This document shows, piece after piece, positions 1-12,759 of a stretch of DNA of 45,057 bases (within the stretch, counting starts at the first letter, position 1; each line of letters begins with the position of its first letter). This DNA is from Octopus bimaculoides. Lineage: Eukaryota. The stretch is taken from positions 15,168,628 to 15,213,684 of the forward strand of contig NC_068993.1 in the NCBI RefSeq assembly GCF_001194135.2, written 5' to 3'. Below the pieces are notes generated by a model. That model did not search any database. It saw nothing but the letters and a program-made list of their open reading frames with translations, and had not been told where the DNA came from. The position numbers and the translations under genes are program-made.

Positions 1-4
1 ACTC

Positions 5-18
5 TATTATTATTATCA

Positions 19-70
<52 letters not shown>

Positions 71-88
71 CATTATTATTATTATTAT
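5..88 (+). repeat. (ATT)n microsatellite
   Basis: Seen directly. Confidence 0.97.
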
Positions 89-145
89 GGTGATGATGAT
101 TGCCCTTGTGGCAAGATTTGAAAACGTTATCTGTATTATTATTAA

Positions 146-355
146 GACGGTGAGTTGGCAGATTCGTTAGCACGCTGGACAAAATGCTTAGCGGTAATTC
201 GTCCGTCGATACGTTCTGAGTTCAAATTCAACCGAGGTTCACTTTGCCTTTCATCTTTTCGGGGTCGATAAAATAAGTACCAGTTGAACACTGGGGTCGA
301 TGTAATCGATTCATCCCCACTTCCCCCAAGCTGCCCTTGTGGCAAAAATTTGAAA
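146..355 (+). mobile_element. tRNA-derived SINE, family A
   Basis: A-box-like TGGCAGATTCGTTAG, B-box GAGTTCAAATTC, core GCCTTTCATCTTTTCGGGGTCGATAAAATAAGTACCAG, and tail CCTTGTGGCAAAAATTTGAAA. An extra tail fragment lies at 101-123. Confidence 0.85.
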
Positions 356-608
356 TGGTAATTAATATTGTTCATTTTTGTCATAATGTACAAGTACGTG
401 TGTATCCATCATTATTTTATTTATTTCAGTCAGTTTTAGAAAAACTGAAGCATGCCTTTGTTAAATCCGATGCGTTTTTAATTCAATGTAAACTGATTTT
501 GTGCGTGACTTTTGGCCCACCCTATGTTAGATAATACAAGTTTCCAATAATGTGTTTACTTGGAAAGACTCTGCAGGAAAAATGATTTCTGTTAATATGT
601 ATGCTTAC

Positions 609-675
609 TCTACATGTCATCATGCGTCTCTGTGTAGAGGTTTCAGCCATGAACCGAAATCTGTAATGATTACAT
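609..675 (-). CDS. Candidate exon, CNHYRFRFMAETSTQRRMMTCR (alternative acceptor at 660)
   Basis: Acceptor TTTCCTTCACAG| and donor AGA|GTAAGC. Confidence 0.2.
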
Positions 676-1881
676 CTGTGAAGGAAACTGTTGTCTCTTG
701 TCTCTTTTGTCATACGGTTTCCTTGAGAGTAAAGGGACGCAGATTGACTGCTTCAACAACCAAACATCCCGCGCACACAAACACACAAACACACACACAC
801 ATGATCAAATATATACAAGAACAGAAAATAAAAATTAAAACAAGAAAACTATCAGCAGCTTCCGGTTAAGGTACAAGTACAAGAGCATAGAATTAAAGAA
901 AAAATGCATGCTGATAGCGCATATACAGCCAGACGTGTATACGACCGATTGGCCAAAGCAGAAAAGAACAAATTGAAATCACAGACGAAGGACAATCTTG
1001 AAAACAAAACTCTGGACAGAAAGTTAGTCTAAAAACAGAAAGAATAAATATTTCTCTATTTCAAGAAATGATGAAATACATTTCTAATAACATATGGCAT
1101 GAAAGTATTTCGCTGTCGCATTTTTTTTTATAATGTCTTTTTTTTTATTATTGAAAAAAAAAAAGCATAAACGAAATAATGCCAAAAGCAGTAAAAATAA
1201 ACGTTCAGCAGAATGACAAACAGAACAAACAGGAAAATGAAAAAAAGGATGATGCTCCAGGAAAGCAGTGCGCCTACACAAATAGTATGTATGTATTTAT
1301 GCATGTATATATGTATGTATGTGTAAATAAATATGTGTATATGAATATATTTGTATATAGATACATATATCTATATATATGCATATATACGTATATATAT
1401 ATATATATATATATATNNNNNNNNNNNNNNNNNNNNNNNNNNNNNNNNNNNNNNNNNNNNNNNNNNNNNNNNNNNNNNNNNNNNNNNNNNNNNNNNNNNN
1501 NNNNNNNNNNNNNNNNNNNNNNNNNNNNNNNNNNNNNNNNNNNNNNNNNNNNNNNNNNNNNNNNNNNNNNNNNNNNNNNNNNNNNNNNNNNNNNNNNNNN
1601 NNNNNNNNNNNNNNNNNNNNNNNNNNNNNNNNNNNNNNNNNNNNNNNNNNNNNNNNNNNNNNNNNNNNNNNNNNNNNNNNNNNNNNNNNNNNNNNNNNNN
1701 NNNNNNNNNNNNNNNNNNNNNNNNNNNNNNNNNNNNNNNNNNNNNNNNNNNNNNNNNNNNNNNNNNNNNNNNNNNNNNNNNNNNNNNNNNNNNNNNNNNN
1801 NNNNNNNNNNNNNNNNNNNNNNNNNNNNNNNNNNNNNNNNNNNNNNNNNNNNNNNNNNNNNNNNNNNNNNNNNNNNNNNNN

Positions 1882-1895
1882 AAGAAGAAGAAGAA

Positions 1896-1942
<47 letters not shown>

Positions 1943-2056
1943 AGAAGAAGAAGAAGAAGAAGAAGAAGAAGAAGAAGAAGAAGAAGAAGAAGAAGAAGAA
2001 GAAGAAGAAAAAGAAGAAGAAGAAGAAGAAGAAGAAGAAGAAGAAGAAGAAGAAGA
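1882..2056 (+). repeat. (AAG)n microsatellite next to a gap
   Basis: Seen directly. Confidence 0.97.
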
Positions 2057-2476
2057 CTGATAAATACGAAATGTTTGCATTTTTCTTGAGACAGTGGGAA
2101 GAATATAAGTATGAGATCTAAAACGGAAGGAAGTTGAAAATAGAAGTGCGACAAAACAGAGTTGGCGGAAAATGGAGAAAAATGAAAAGAAATGTCTATG
2201 GAAAAATGATATGTAACTGAAAGTCAAATAGTGATGAGAATGTTTTGTCGATGAACAGATAAGTGTGACGGGTGGTTAGAGATGAGTAAATATGGAAAGC
2301 AAGTGAACAAAATAGAAAAGAGGTAAAGGTTGAAAATGATGAAGAAAGTAGTGGAGGGGGAGGGTAAAGCGTATGAGAAAAACTATAAAAGTGGTGATGG
2401 GGTGAAGGAAGAGTAGAAAAAACGATGTCGATGGAGAGGCGTAGGAAAATTATATCGATATATTATGATGATGATA

Positions 2477-2886
2477 GGAGTGGCTGTGTGGTAAGTAGCT
2501 TGCTTACCAACCACATGGTTCTGGGTTCATTCACACTGCGTGGCGCCTTGGGCAAGTGTCTTCTGCTATAGCCTCGGGCCAACCAAAGCTTTGTCAGTGA
2601 ATGTGGTAGACGGAAACTGAAAGAAGCCCGTCGTATATATGTATAATATGTATGTGTGTGTATATGTTTGTGTGTCTGTGTTTGCCACCCCCACCCCTCA
2701 ACGTCGCTTAACAACCAATGCTGATGTGTTTACGTCCCCGTAACTTAGTGGTTCTGCAAAAAAGACGGATAGGATAAATAGTAAGCTTACAATGAATAAG
2801 TCCTGGGGTCGATTTGCTCGACTAAAGACGGTGCTCCAGCATGGCCGCAGTCGAATGGCTGAAACAAGTAAAAGAGTAAAAGAGTA
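2477..2886 (+). mobile_element. tRNA-derived SINE, family D (internal TA/TG microsatellite), full length
   Basis: GGAGTGGCTGTGTGGTAAGTAGCTTGCTTACCAACCACATGGTTCTGGGTTCA...GAAAGAAGCCCGTCG(TA/TG)n...CTGGGGTCGATTTGCTCGACTAAAG...AAGTAAAAGAG. Confidence 0.9.
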
Positions 2887-2889
2887 TAA

Positions 2890-3247
2890 TAATAATAATG
2901 ATTTCATTTATTTGCCACCAGGATAAGGGGCACAACAAAAGAACAGACATAAAGTGTTGTGAGTTACATATAATGAAATGATAAAATAATGTTTAAAAAA
3001 TGTAAGTATAAATGTTATACAATGAAAAGGAAGAGACATATACATAGTATACTAAGATTTGTTTTAGAAAAAGGGGCTGAGGATGATATGGGTGTTGCCC
3101 TCTTGATACAGGATGACCTCTAGTGATAATTGAGGAACCCCACTGTCTGAGATTTCCCTGAACACCAAGAGCAAGTGCCCTCTCCAATTCCTTCTCTCCG
3201 ACTCACAGGTCGACACTTAGTGAGGTTGAGGTACCATCCACTCTTGC
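2890..3247 (-). mobile_element. LINE 3' end (probably L1/Tx1-like) with AATAAA and (TTA)n tail
   Basis: Minus strand: ...ARVDGTSTSLSVDL* followed by UTR-like sequence, ending GCAAATAAATGAAATC(ATT)n. A similar terminus occurs at 44955-45000. Confidence 0.4.
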
Positions 3248-3265
3248 CATTTCTGCAGCTTCCAA

Positions 3266-3306
3266 TAATGATAATAAAAATAATAATGATAATAAAAATA
3301 ATAATG

Positions 3307-3371
<65 letters not shown>

Positions 3372-3512
3372 CAAAACAAAAAATAATAATGATGATGATG
3401 GTGACGTGGATCATTTTAAACATGATGACGAAAGAAGAAAAGTAGCAGTAGTAGTAGTAGTAGGAGGAGGAGGAGGAGGAGGAGGAGCAAGAAGGAGAAG
3501 AAGAAGAAGAAG
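3266..3512 (+). repeat. Compound (AAT)n/(GAT)n/(GTA)n/(GGA)n/(AGA)n microsatellite
   Basis: Seen directly. Confidence 0.95.
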
Positions 3513-3830
3513 TGTATATATANNNNNNNNNNNNNNNNNNNNNNNNNNNNNNNNNNNNNNNNNNNNNNNNNNNNNNNNNNNNNNNNNNNNNNNNNNNNNN
3601 NNNNNNNNNNNNNNNNNNNNNNNNNNNNNNNNNNNNNNNNNNNNNNNNNNNNNNNNNNNNNNNNNNNNNNNNNNNNNNNNNNNNNNNNNNNNNNNNNNNN
3701 NNNNNNNNNNNNNNNNNNNNNNNNNNNNNNNNNNNNNNNNNNNNNNNNNNNNNNNNNNNNNNNNNNNNNNNNNNNNNNNNNNNNNNNTATATATATATAT
3801 ATATATATATGTATATACTTTTTAAGGCAT

Positions 3831-4015
3831 GGAGATGGAGGAATCGTTAGCACACCGAGCAAAATGCTTAGCCGTTCGTCCGCCTGTAATTTCTGAGTTC
3901 AAATTCCACCGTGGTACACTTTACATTTCATCATTAGCAGTTGAGCACAAGGGTTGGTTTAATTGTCTTATCAACTCGCCCGAAATTGCTGGCCCTGTGC
4001 CAAAACTTGAAACCA
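3831..4015 (+). mobile_element. SINE family A (internally deleted)
   Basis: GAATCGTTAGCACACCGAGCAAAATGCTTAG...GAGTTCAAATTCCACCG...GCTGGCCCTGTGCCAAAACTTGAAACC. Confidence 0.8.
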
Positions 4016-4038
4016 TTATTAGAAGTACTAGTAATAAT

Positions 4039-4207
4039 GATTTCAAATTTTGGCGCAAGACCAGCAATATAGGGGAAAGTGGTGATTCCATTACGTCAAC
4101 CACAGTACTTAACTGGTACTTATTTTATCGACCCCGAAAGAATGAAAAACGAAGCCGACCACGGTGGAATTTGAACTCAGAATGCTAACTGTTCTGCCAA
4201 CTCGCTA
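4039..4207 (-). mobile_element. SINE family A, inverted against 3831-4015
   Basis: Reverse complement of the family A tail, core (CTGGTACTTATTTTATCGACCCCGAAAG) and B box (GGAATTTGAACTC). Confidence 0.85.
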
Positions 4208-5155
4208 CCTTAATAGTAATGGTAATAATAATTCTTTTTTAACAGACCGAAATCCAGAAATTTAAGCGAGGGATGTAATTTGATCTGTACTTTTGGAAAT
4301 TACGTCACTTACATGCGATTCGTGTATTCCTTTGGGAAATGTTACGGCCTATTTATATTTATTTGATTTGAAATATCTTTTAAGAATGTTTTCTCCTTTC
4401 AGTATTTCAAAGTGTCGAATAATAAATGAATAAATAAAGGAGTTATTTCAGTAGATGATTATCAAATAATAAAAGTTGAAATAGTTGAAGAAAACGAAAC
4501 AAAGAACAAGTATAAAGGGAGATAATCAGAATAAAAGCGCACATGTGCGTTGTGTGAAACAGTAAGTAAATGAATAGAAAATTAATGAGCCACCTCAGAT
4601 TAAAAATTTAAATGAAAAAAAAAGAAGCAGAAACGAAAACAAAACTGTTGAGCGAAAGAGAAGACAAGTTGATGGAGAAGAATAAGAATGGCGGAGATAG
4701 AAAAATTCCGTATATCTACAGAGAGATAGAGGGAGCGGAGAAAACAGCTTGTGAATGCAGAGGCGATGAGTCAACATTAGAATAAATGAAATTGATAAAG
4801 AGATAATATTAAGATTATTTAACAGAAAAAAAAAAGGCTTAAAACAGTCAAGGAGAGGGAAGAGATGAATAGAATAATATAGAATATAGTATAAATGAAT
4901 GAATATACATTGAATTAGTCCGCAAATGTATGAATGAATGTAAAGAGAGAAGAACGGCCGTATATGTGTGTGTAGTGTATGCATACGATACATATATGAT
5001 CATATATATATATGTATATATCAATATGTATTTGTGTTCTGTGTATGTGTGTATGCATATATATATATATATACATATATATATATGCATATTCATATAT
5101 ATATATTATATTATGTGTTCATGCAGGGATACGTTCATATACATGNNNNNNNNNN

Positions 5156-5187
<32 letters not shown>

Positions 5188-5680
5188 GAATATATACATA
5201 TATATATATGCATATTCATATATATATATTATATTATGTGTTCATGCAGGGATACGTTCATATACATGTATGTATGTGTTTATGTATGTATGTATGTATT
5301 TACATATATAGACAAATGAGCAATAAAAACGAAGATAATTATCAAATAAAGAAAATTTTAAAAATTTGATAAACAAATAATTTTTTAAAGTATAAATAAT
5401 TAAAAGGTTTCACTTATTTCTAAAACAATGAACGGAAACATAGAAAAGAACGAAGAATATTTAATCTAAAGAAAATGAATTAAAAGTACTGATAAAGTAA
5501 ATCTTGTGAAAAATGAAGGGAAACATTACTAAGAGAACGAAGTAATGTATCGGGAATAGATTAAGCAGATGATGTATAATTGAAATTTAAAATGGATGAA
5601 AGGGAAGAGTATAGTATATATATTTAAAGGAGGGAAATAAGAAATGTTTAGAAGGTTGAGTAAAATAACGCAAAATACTA

Positions 5681-5970
5681 GCACTCCGTCGGTTAAGACG
5701 CCAACGCGGTTTCCATTTGATCCGATCAAATAAACAGCCTGCTCTTGAAAGTAACGTTCAAGTTGTTAAGCACACTACGCATACGCGAGTCCTTAATGTA
5801 GTTCTCAGAGAGATTCAGCGTGGCAGAGAGTATGACAAAGTTGGCTTTTCGACATAGAAGGAATATTTATTTTTGCCAGCGCAGTGAACTGGAGCAACGT
5901 GGAATAAAGCTTTTTGCGCAAAAGATACAACGTGCTGCCGGGAATCTAATTCCTAACCTACAGAGCCACT
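5681..5970 (-). mobile_element. Decayed SINE with family B tail and family C-type head/body
   Basis: 5681-5850 aligns with the family B 3' part (GCACTCCGTC...TGATCCGATCAA..AACAGCCTGCTC...GTAGTTCTC..AGAGATTCAGCGTG). The remainder (GAACTGGAGCAACGTGGAATAAAG...) resembles family C. Confidence 0.65.
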
Positions 5971-6020
5971 CATTGTCATTTAAAAATCTATGAATGATAA
6001 AGCAATATAAAGCGATACTG

Positions 6021-6224
6021 GATTCAAATATTGGTATAGGTTCAACAGTTTCGAGGGGGGAAGTAAGTCGATTTCATCACGCCCAAAGCACAATTGATAA
6101 TTATTTTATCGGCTTCAAAAGATGAAAGGCAAAGCTAGCCTGCGTGGAATTTGAACTCAGAACGTAAAGATGGAAAAGTAACGTTAAGCATTTTACCCGG
6201 CGTGCTAACGATTCTGCCAGCTTC
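6021..6224 (-). mobile_element. SINE family A
   Basis: GATGAAAGGCAAAG...GGAATTTGAACTCAGAACGTAAAGA...GCTAACGATTCTGCCAGC. Confidence 0.8.
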
Positions 6225-6689
6225 ATTTTACCAGCCACTAATTCGTACATATCGTCAATAATTCTAGCATTTGTTCAATCTTTTTAAAGTTGCTTAATGT
6301 AAAACGAATATAAATAACAATATGCTGCCGTAAAAAGAACAAACGATAGCACTTCAGTCTGTGCTATGTATGTTTCGGTGGAAAGGCATTTCATGATTAC
6401 AAGTGTGTTACGTCTTAGGAAATAGTTGTCATATTTTAGGTAGAGGAACACTTGAGGTTGTAGAAATCATTTGTTCAATCGATTTCTAATACCTAGATAT
6501 TGCGGTGGCCTGAAGACACTGCAAGTGCTTCTCATGATGTAATACACGTTTAATCAATAATGTGCCTCGCTGCTGAGCACGGACGATACTATCGTCCATT
6601 CTTCTAAAATTATTTTATATATACATATTTCGATTTTAATTTGTTTTGCAAGATTCTGTAAATGATAATAATAATTACATTGTATAAGC

Positions 6690-6817
6690 TTAAAGCTTAT
6701 AAGCGATCACTGAGAATTGACGAAACAAAATAGCTTAATACTGGGACATATAAGCCGTTGAGAGAAAAATCCGTCAGATTTAAGAACCATAACCATACGA
6801 TCGCTTATAAGCTTTAA
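6690..6817. repeat. Perfect 19-bp inverted repeat around a 90-bp spacer (possible MITE)
   Basis: TTAAAGCTTATAAGCGATC (6690-6708) and GATCGCTTATAAGCTTTAA (6799-6817). Confidence 0.8.
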
Positions 6818-6875
6818 ACTGATAAAATATTATTATTTACAGAACTGTGAAATAAGACACGGTTTACCAAATCGT

Positions 6876-6932
<57 letters not shown>

Positions 6933-7768
6933 TCACATATGTGTACTTATACAATACTACTATGCATGAACATTGGGTATACATACTTGCATACATACAT
7001 ATATACAGACATTCATACGTACACAAAAACACACACAGACACACGTATATGTATATAGAACCTCCATTTTAGCAAATTATGTGTAAAAGCAGCTTAAAAA
7101 GAATTCAACAAATGTGAGAATTATTGAAGACATGTAGGAGTAAAGACAGATTAAATTATATTATAATCAGGGAGAATAAAGTTACTAATGGAGAAGAATA
7201 AATGTTGCTGTGAAGCAGAAAAGAATACCCAAATGCAAATAGAAATAATACGACCTTAAAGTAAAAGGAAAGTAAAAATATATCTGGAATATTTTTAAAA
7301 TGGTGTAGTATGCTAAAGAATGCCAACTAATATGCAGACTAATTAATTAATGAACCTGCCAGTTTTAATCCCGACAGAAGGTATGTATCTACTATATTCT
7401 TTACATATTTAGTTTTAGACATACAGATGGTGATGATATTAACACCGTGTAAAGAATAAAATTAAAAGTGTAAAAAATTAGAATAAATGATTACAAAAAG
7501 GAAGAAATTTAATTTGATTAGAATCAACTTCCTGTCCTTAAAACTTCGCCAGTCTCATATAATTTACCTTGATGTATCCCTGATGTATAATAAAGATAAG
7601 TCGGATGAAAATATGGTGTTGTTGTTGTTGTTGTTGTTGTTGTTTTTCTGAAATAGATGATGTAATGATGTAAATGTGTTAAAGAATTTGATGGAGAAAC
7701 ATTTGTTCCTCTAAGTTAATAAATGATTACGTAACTCCTTTTTGTTTATCCATTAACATATATCTGTA

Positions 7769-7817
<49 letters not shown>

Positions 7818-7819
7818 CA

Positions 7820-7873
<54 letters not shown>

Positions 7874-7983
7874 ATTAACATATATACATATATATGTCTG
7901 TGCGTATTTATATCTGTTATTTTTCTTGTATTTGTTTTCAGTTTGATTTGGTTGTATACATACTTAAACATATATATATATAT

Positions 7984-8028
<45 letters not shown>

Positions 8029-8055
8029 TGTGTGTTCCACTAGATTCTGTTATTA

Positions 8056-8417
8056 GAATGCGGTCATGCCGGGGCACCACATTGAAAGAATTTTAGTCCT
8101 ACGAATCGACTGCGTACTTGTTTTTTCAAAACGTATTCAATTGGACAACTTTGTCGAACCATTAAGAACGAACAAATGTTGTAAAGCGTTCGTAGGGGAC
8201 AAACACAGACGCAAAGATACAAGCACACACACACAAACACACACACACACGCATGCACATATATGCACTCTCTCACTCATACACACACGCACATATGCAG
8301 AGTGGGTTTCTTACAGTTTCCGTCTGCGAAATTCACTCAAAAGCATTTGTTTTGCCTGAGGCAATATAAGACGATCCTTGCCTGAGTTGCCAGGTATTGG
8401 AACTGAAATCATGCGAT
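8056..8417 (-). mobile_element. Decayed SINE family D-like
   Basis: GCGGTCATGCCGGGGCACC...GGGGACAAACACAGAC(CA)n...CAGTTTCCGTCTGCGAAATTCACTCA. Confidence 0.6.
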
Positions 8418-8445
8418 ATATTTTTTAATTTCATTTTATATATAT

Positions 8446-8484
<39 letters not shown>

Positions 8485-10461
8485 TGTGTGTGTGTGTCTA
8501 ACCTCACAAAAACACACAAACCTCACAAAAAACACACAAACTCCCAACTGGTGACCACACACACACACTCAAGTGGAAACACTCAAAAGAATACCAAAGG
8601 AAACTCCTAATTCTTTTTTTCACAAGAGAAATTCTTCACAGCATACACACCATCAAGTCACAGCTGGTCATTTTTTCAAAACATATTGGAAGGACATTCA
8701 ACACAATACACACACACACACAAGTGTACATAAAACCCATTCAATAAATGCTTTTTAGCTACTTCCTTGACAGGAACACACAAACAATTCTTTTACAGAA
8801 TAGATACCTCTTCTCTCACTCTCTAACACTTTGAACTCTATACCAAACTAGATATAAGGAAGACTTGAACGAAAAATCTCCAGACATGATCTTGTCCACC
8901 AGACAGAAGATGAACTGCTTTTACTTCAAATCTTTCAATTTTTTTAATAAAGTTTTACTAATATATTATAAGATGACATACATAAAAACCGGTAATATTA
9001 ATATTTTTATTTATATAATATTTTATTAATTTCCCTCTTAAACTGAAATATCTTAGACTTAATTCTCTGCTATTTCCACCACCATCTTTTTTATATATAA
9101 AAATTTGATTTTGTATAGATCTCTAATCTTTTTTCGACTATCTATATATATATATATATTCATACATGCATATATACATAGCAATATATATACAAGTGAT
9201 TGTAATATGAATGAACATTTTATAAACCACGATTCAATTGTAATACCAGCAGAGGAAGACCAGAGTTAAACTTGATTTAAATAGTAACGCTATACACTTC
9301 AACTGAATACCAACGCACGAAATTTGCTTGGATTAGTTCACATCGAAAATGTCGAAAGTGATGGACGCGTAATAAAATTGCAGCGACTTGGACGCATAAT
9401 GGCATACGGAGCAATGTGTAATTGCTTCAATTGAAACATATGTTGGTCATTGTTGTATATATGCTGTAGAAAACGCTTTTAATAAAAATTTTTGGATGTG
9501 AATAAATCTCCACTCTCCTCCTCTTCGTTTTCAGTTGCACACACACACTCATATTCATATATATATAATACGTGTCTCTGTGTGTTTGTCTATGTGTCAA
9601 TAAATGTGTGTACATTTATATTCATTTAAGCGTTAAGCTAATACAATATTTGTATAAACTTGTCTTTTGAGGTATCTTCTTCAGTTTTGCGTTCATTGCT
9701 TTCATTATATAATTTATCCCGTCTGAATAAGTGCTTTGCTACTTCAGAATTTCCCTGAGGTGTTACCGGTTTCTTCAGTCTATTCATACTGCAAAGTTCC
9801 AACTTTCTGCACACCCCGAAATAATCTATTACGCGAAATACACTGTGATATTGATAACTTTTGCCTTGTTCGTTAATACCAAAGTTCATATCCCTACATA
9901 CTACATACACATCTCCCACATATATACAACCTTGTTGGAAGTTTTGTATTTGCGTATCTCTCAATGCCTATATATATATATATATATGTATATATATGTG
10001 TGTGCATGGGTGAATATTTGTGATACTCAGTGTGATTTTCTACGTACATTCACATGTGTTTACACGTCCATATATTATTTTCTTAGAGTATGTATCAATT
10101 TTATTGTTCTTCATATCTTGCAGCTAAGCTACGTTATATATTGAAATATGATGTCGATTGAGGGCGACCTCTTGCTACCCTCTTTATCAGTATTTATACT
10201 ACATAATTCCACATATTACAACAAATCTGGAGATGGAGATCTACAAATAGTTTCATATCCTCCACTTTGTATCAGTACTGGCAGTCTATCAAAATATTTA
10301 CCATTGGGACCGATCGTATTTCGCGACGTGATCACTGTTCTCTGTGGTATTATTACGATATCCATTGTGTGTCTGTGGATTGTCTTATCAAAACGTCAAT
10401 TCCTGTTTCCCTTGATATATTTATCTTCATTGATTTGCTTTAAAGATACATAAAACACACG

Positions 10462-10501
<40 letters not shown>

Positions 10502-11164
10502 CATATACATATTTAGAGAATCACTATGGATTGATATAAACCATCACACAATTTAGTTATATGAAATTGCTTAAGGGTAATGTATTTCTGGAAATATATA
10601 TGAAGTATGATTTTTTTTCTAAGTATAGTATTTTTCTTAGTTAAAGCAAAATACATTTCACGCATATTTTGAAGTCTACACGAATATTTAACTGTATATT
10701 CACACACATACGCACACACACACACACACACACGCGCGCGCATCCCCACCCATACACACTCATACATACAAATCTACATACATACATGCATGCATACATA
10801 CATACATACATATATACATGCACATAAACATATATATCTATATGTATATCTAAATCATATCTATGAATCTATATTTATGTCTATATCAATATCTGTATAT
10901 TCATGCATATGTATGCATTTATATGTATTTATGCGTATCTAAACACACGCTACACATACACGCACATACACAAACACCACTCACACACATATATGTATAG
11001 ACATATGTATGTATGTATGTATTGTACGTATGTTCTTCAAAAATAAAACTTTATGATCGAATTCTTCATACAGTCACTATAGAATAAGAAAGTTACTTAT
11101 CTTATTTCATTCGTCCCACGACAAGATTTCACATTTCTTGCTTGCATTATTTCTTCATCTAATG

Positions 11165-12000
11165 TAATTTTCGCCTTTGCTGAGAATCTTTTAAGATATA
11201 GTCATTTACTTTGCTTTGGTAATAATCAGTGAAATTATAACCAATTTTCTGGTATTTGAAGGTTGGTGTAGAATTAGTTGCGAACGTTAGGCCGAACGTA
11301 AGATATTCTGGTTTCTAAGTTTACAAGTTACTTACAGTTTAGTTTTTGTTATGACTACCATTGGGAGTATTTCTCCACAAGGCAGAGATTGAAATCTCTC
11401 TGCTTTGGTTATAGCCATGACTTACAAATGTGTTTCGGATATTTTTGCTTCTGAAGAAATATTCTTAATTCTACAAGTCATCTTTCTCATCTATTTGTGT
11501 ACGTATCTAATTTGTACGAAGATATATGTTTTGCCATTATAAATGAGGTATTCCTTTGAATATGAGATGGCTGGCAAGACTTAAAATCTAAATATTAGCT
11601 TGTGTTCGTGTCCTTGCAGTAGAAATCGGTTGAAAGATTCTCTTTTTCCTTAATATCAAAATGTCCAAAAAAAAAAAAAATGGTTTTCGTTCATTCATTT
11701 GTAGGTGAAATATTTTTATGATGTAACTTTCAAGAATCTCGTAACATCTTTGTAGCTGTGTCCCAAAATGCGAAGCGGTCATCCAGGAAACTTTTCCAGT
11801 TTTCTTTGAAATAGGATTAGAAATGCTGTTAAAAAATAACCTGAGGTCGGATATAGACATTTTCTTTAAGGAATCTCATCGCTAGTGTTTCAAACATGGA
11901 TGCCGCATTCGTGTCCTTTCTCGTCCCTTTTATTTGAAGGTGACCTTGGTTATGAAAGAAATAGTTCTACCATAAATACATTTGGGAATTTCTCACGAGT
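11165..12000 (-). pseudogene. Second, different Penelope-like element RT/thumb remnant (frameshifted)
   Basis: Hand translation of the minus strand across frames: NYFFHNQGHLQIKGTRKDTNAASMFETLAMRFLKENVY; KENWKSFLDDRFAFW (FLDD at 11789-11778); FFLDILILRK; DFYCKDTNTS*YLDFKSCQPSHIQRN; FLQKQKYPKHI; SK...ILKRFSAKAKI. These blocks are in the canonical PLE order. Confidence 0.8.
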
Positions 12001-12274
12001 CTGAAGCTGAATATACACACCGAGAATCACCCAACCACGCCTCCTACATGTATATATAAATTACTCACCACCAACTTATATATACACATGCATGACGTAA
12101 GGTATAAGGGGTGATGCGAAAGGCACTTTGCATTTTAAAAATGAACGAAGCTTGAAAATGGAAATTAACTTTTAAGTCGACCTGTATTATTTCGTATTAG
12201 ATGACAGATATTTTATGCCAATGCCGAAAAAAAAAAGGGCGCGAAAAACTAAGGTATAACAAGACTATTTTGTT

Positions 12275-12614
12275 GCACTCCATCGCTTACAGCGTTGAGC
12301 GTTCCAGTTGTTCCGATCAACGGAACAGCCTGCTCGTGAAATTAACGTGAAAGTGGCTGAGCACTCCACAGACATATGTACCTTTAACGTAGTTCTCGGA
12401 GATATTCAGCGTGACACAGTGTAACAAGGCTGGCCCTTTGAAATACAGGAACAACAGAAACATTAAGAAAGAGTGAGAGAAAGTTGTGGTGAAAGAGTAC
12501 AGCAGGGTTCGCCACCACCCCCTGCCGGAGCCACGTGGAGCTTTAGGTGTTTTCGCTCAATAAACACTCACAACGCCCGGTCTGGGAATCGAAACCGCGA
12601 TCCTATGACCGCGA
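12275..12614 (-). mobile_element. tRNA-derived SINE, family B, with probable target-site duplication
   Basis: Matches 30116-30484. The 5' end runs into a 34-N gap. AACAAGACTAT occurs at 12258-12268 and 12649-12659. Confidence 0.9.
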
Positions 12615-12707
12615 NNNNNNNNNNNNNNNNNNNNNNNNNNNNNNNNNNAACAAGACTATAGTAGAGACATTATCTGGTTGTATGACTTGCTGAGAAGAGA
12701 AGCTAAA

Positions 12708-12759
<52 letters not shown>

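Noticed and set aside
620-675. Kinase-like VIITDFG in a minus-strand frame
   Set aside because: The frame stops 11 codons later and no other kinase motifs are present.
832-1032. 66-codon open frame (KLKQENYQQ...LDRKLV)
   Set aside because: No acceptor or good start, and open frames are easy to obtain on an A-rich strand.
1179-2227. Long ORFs (poly-E/K/R/S/L with X runs)
   Set aside because: These are translations of (AAG)n, (AT)n and N-gaps. The same applies to ORFs at 3175-3862, 16376-17030, 36968-37412 and 42182-43063.
5084-5269. About 62-bp direct duplication around a 10-N gap
   Set aside because: Same contig-overlap artefact pattern.
8500-8935. Possible LINE fragment and 21-bp tandem duplication
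   Set aside because: Too decayed and AC-rich to assign with confidence.
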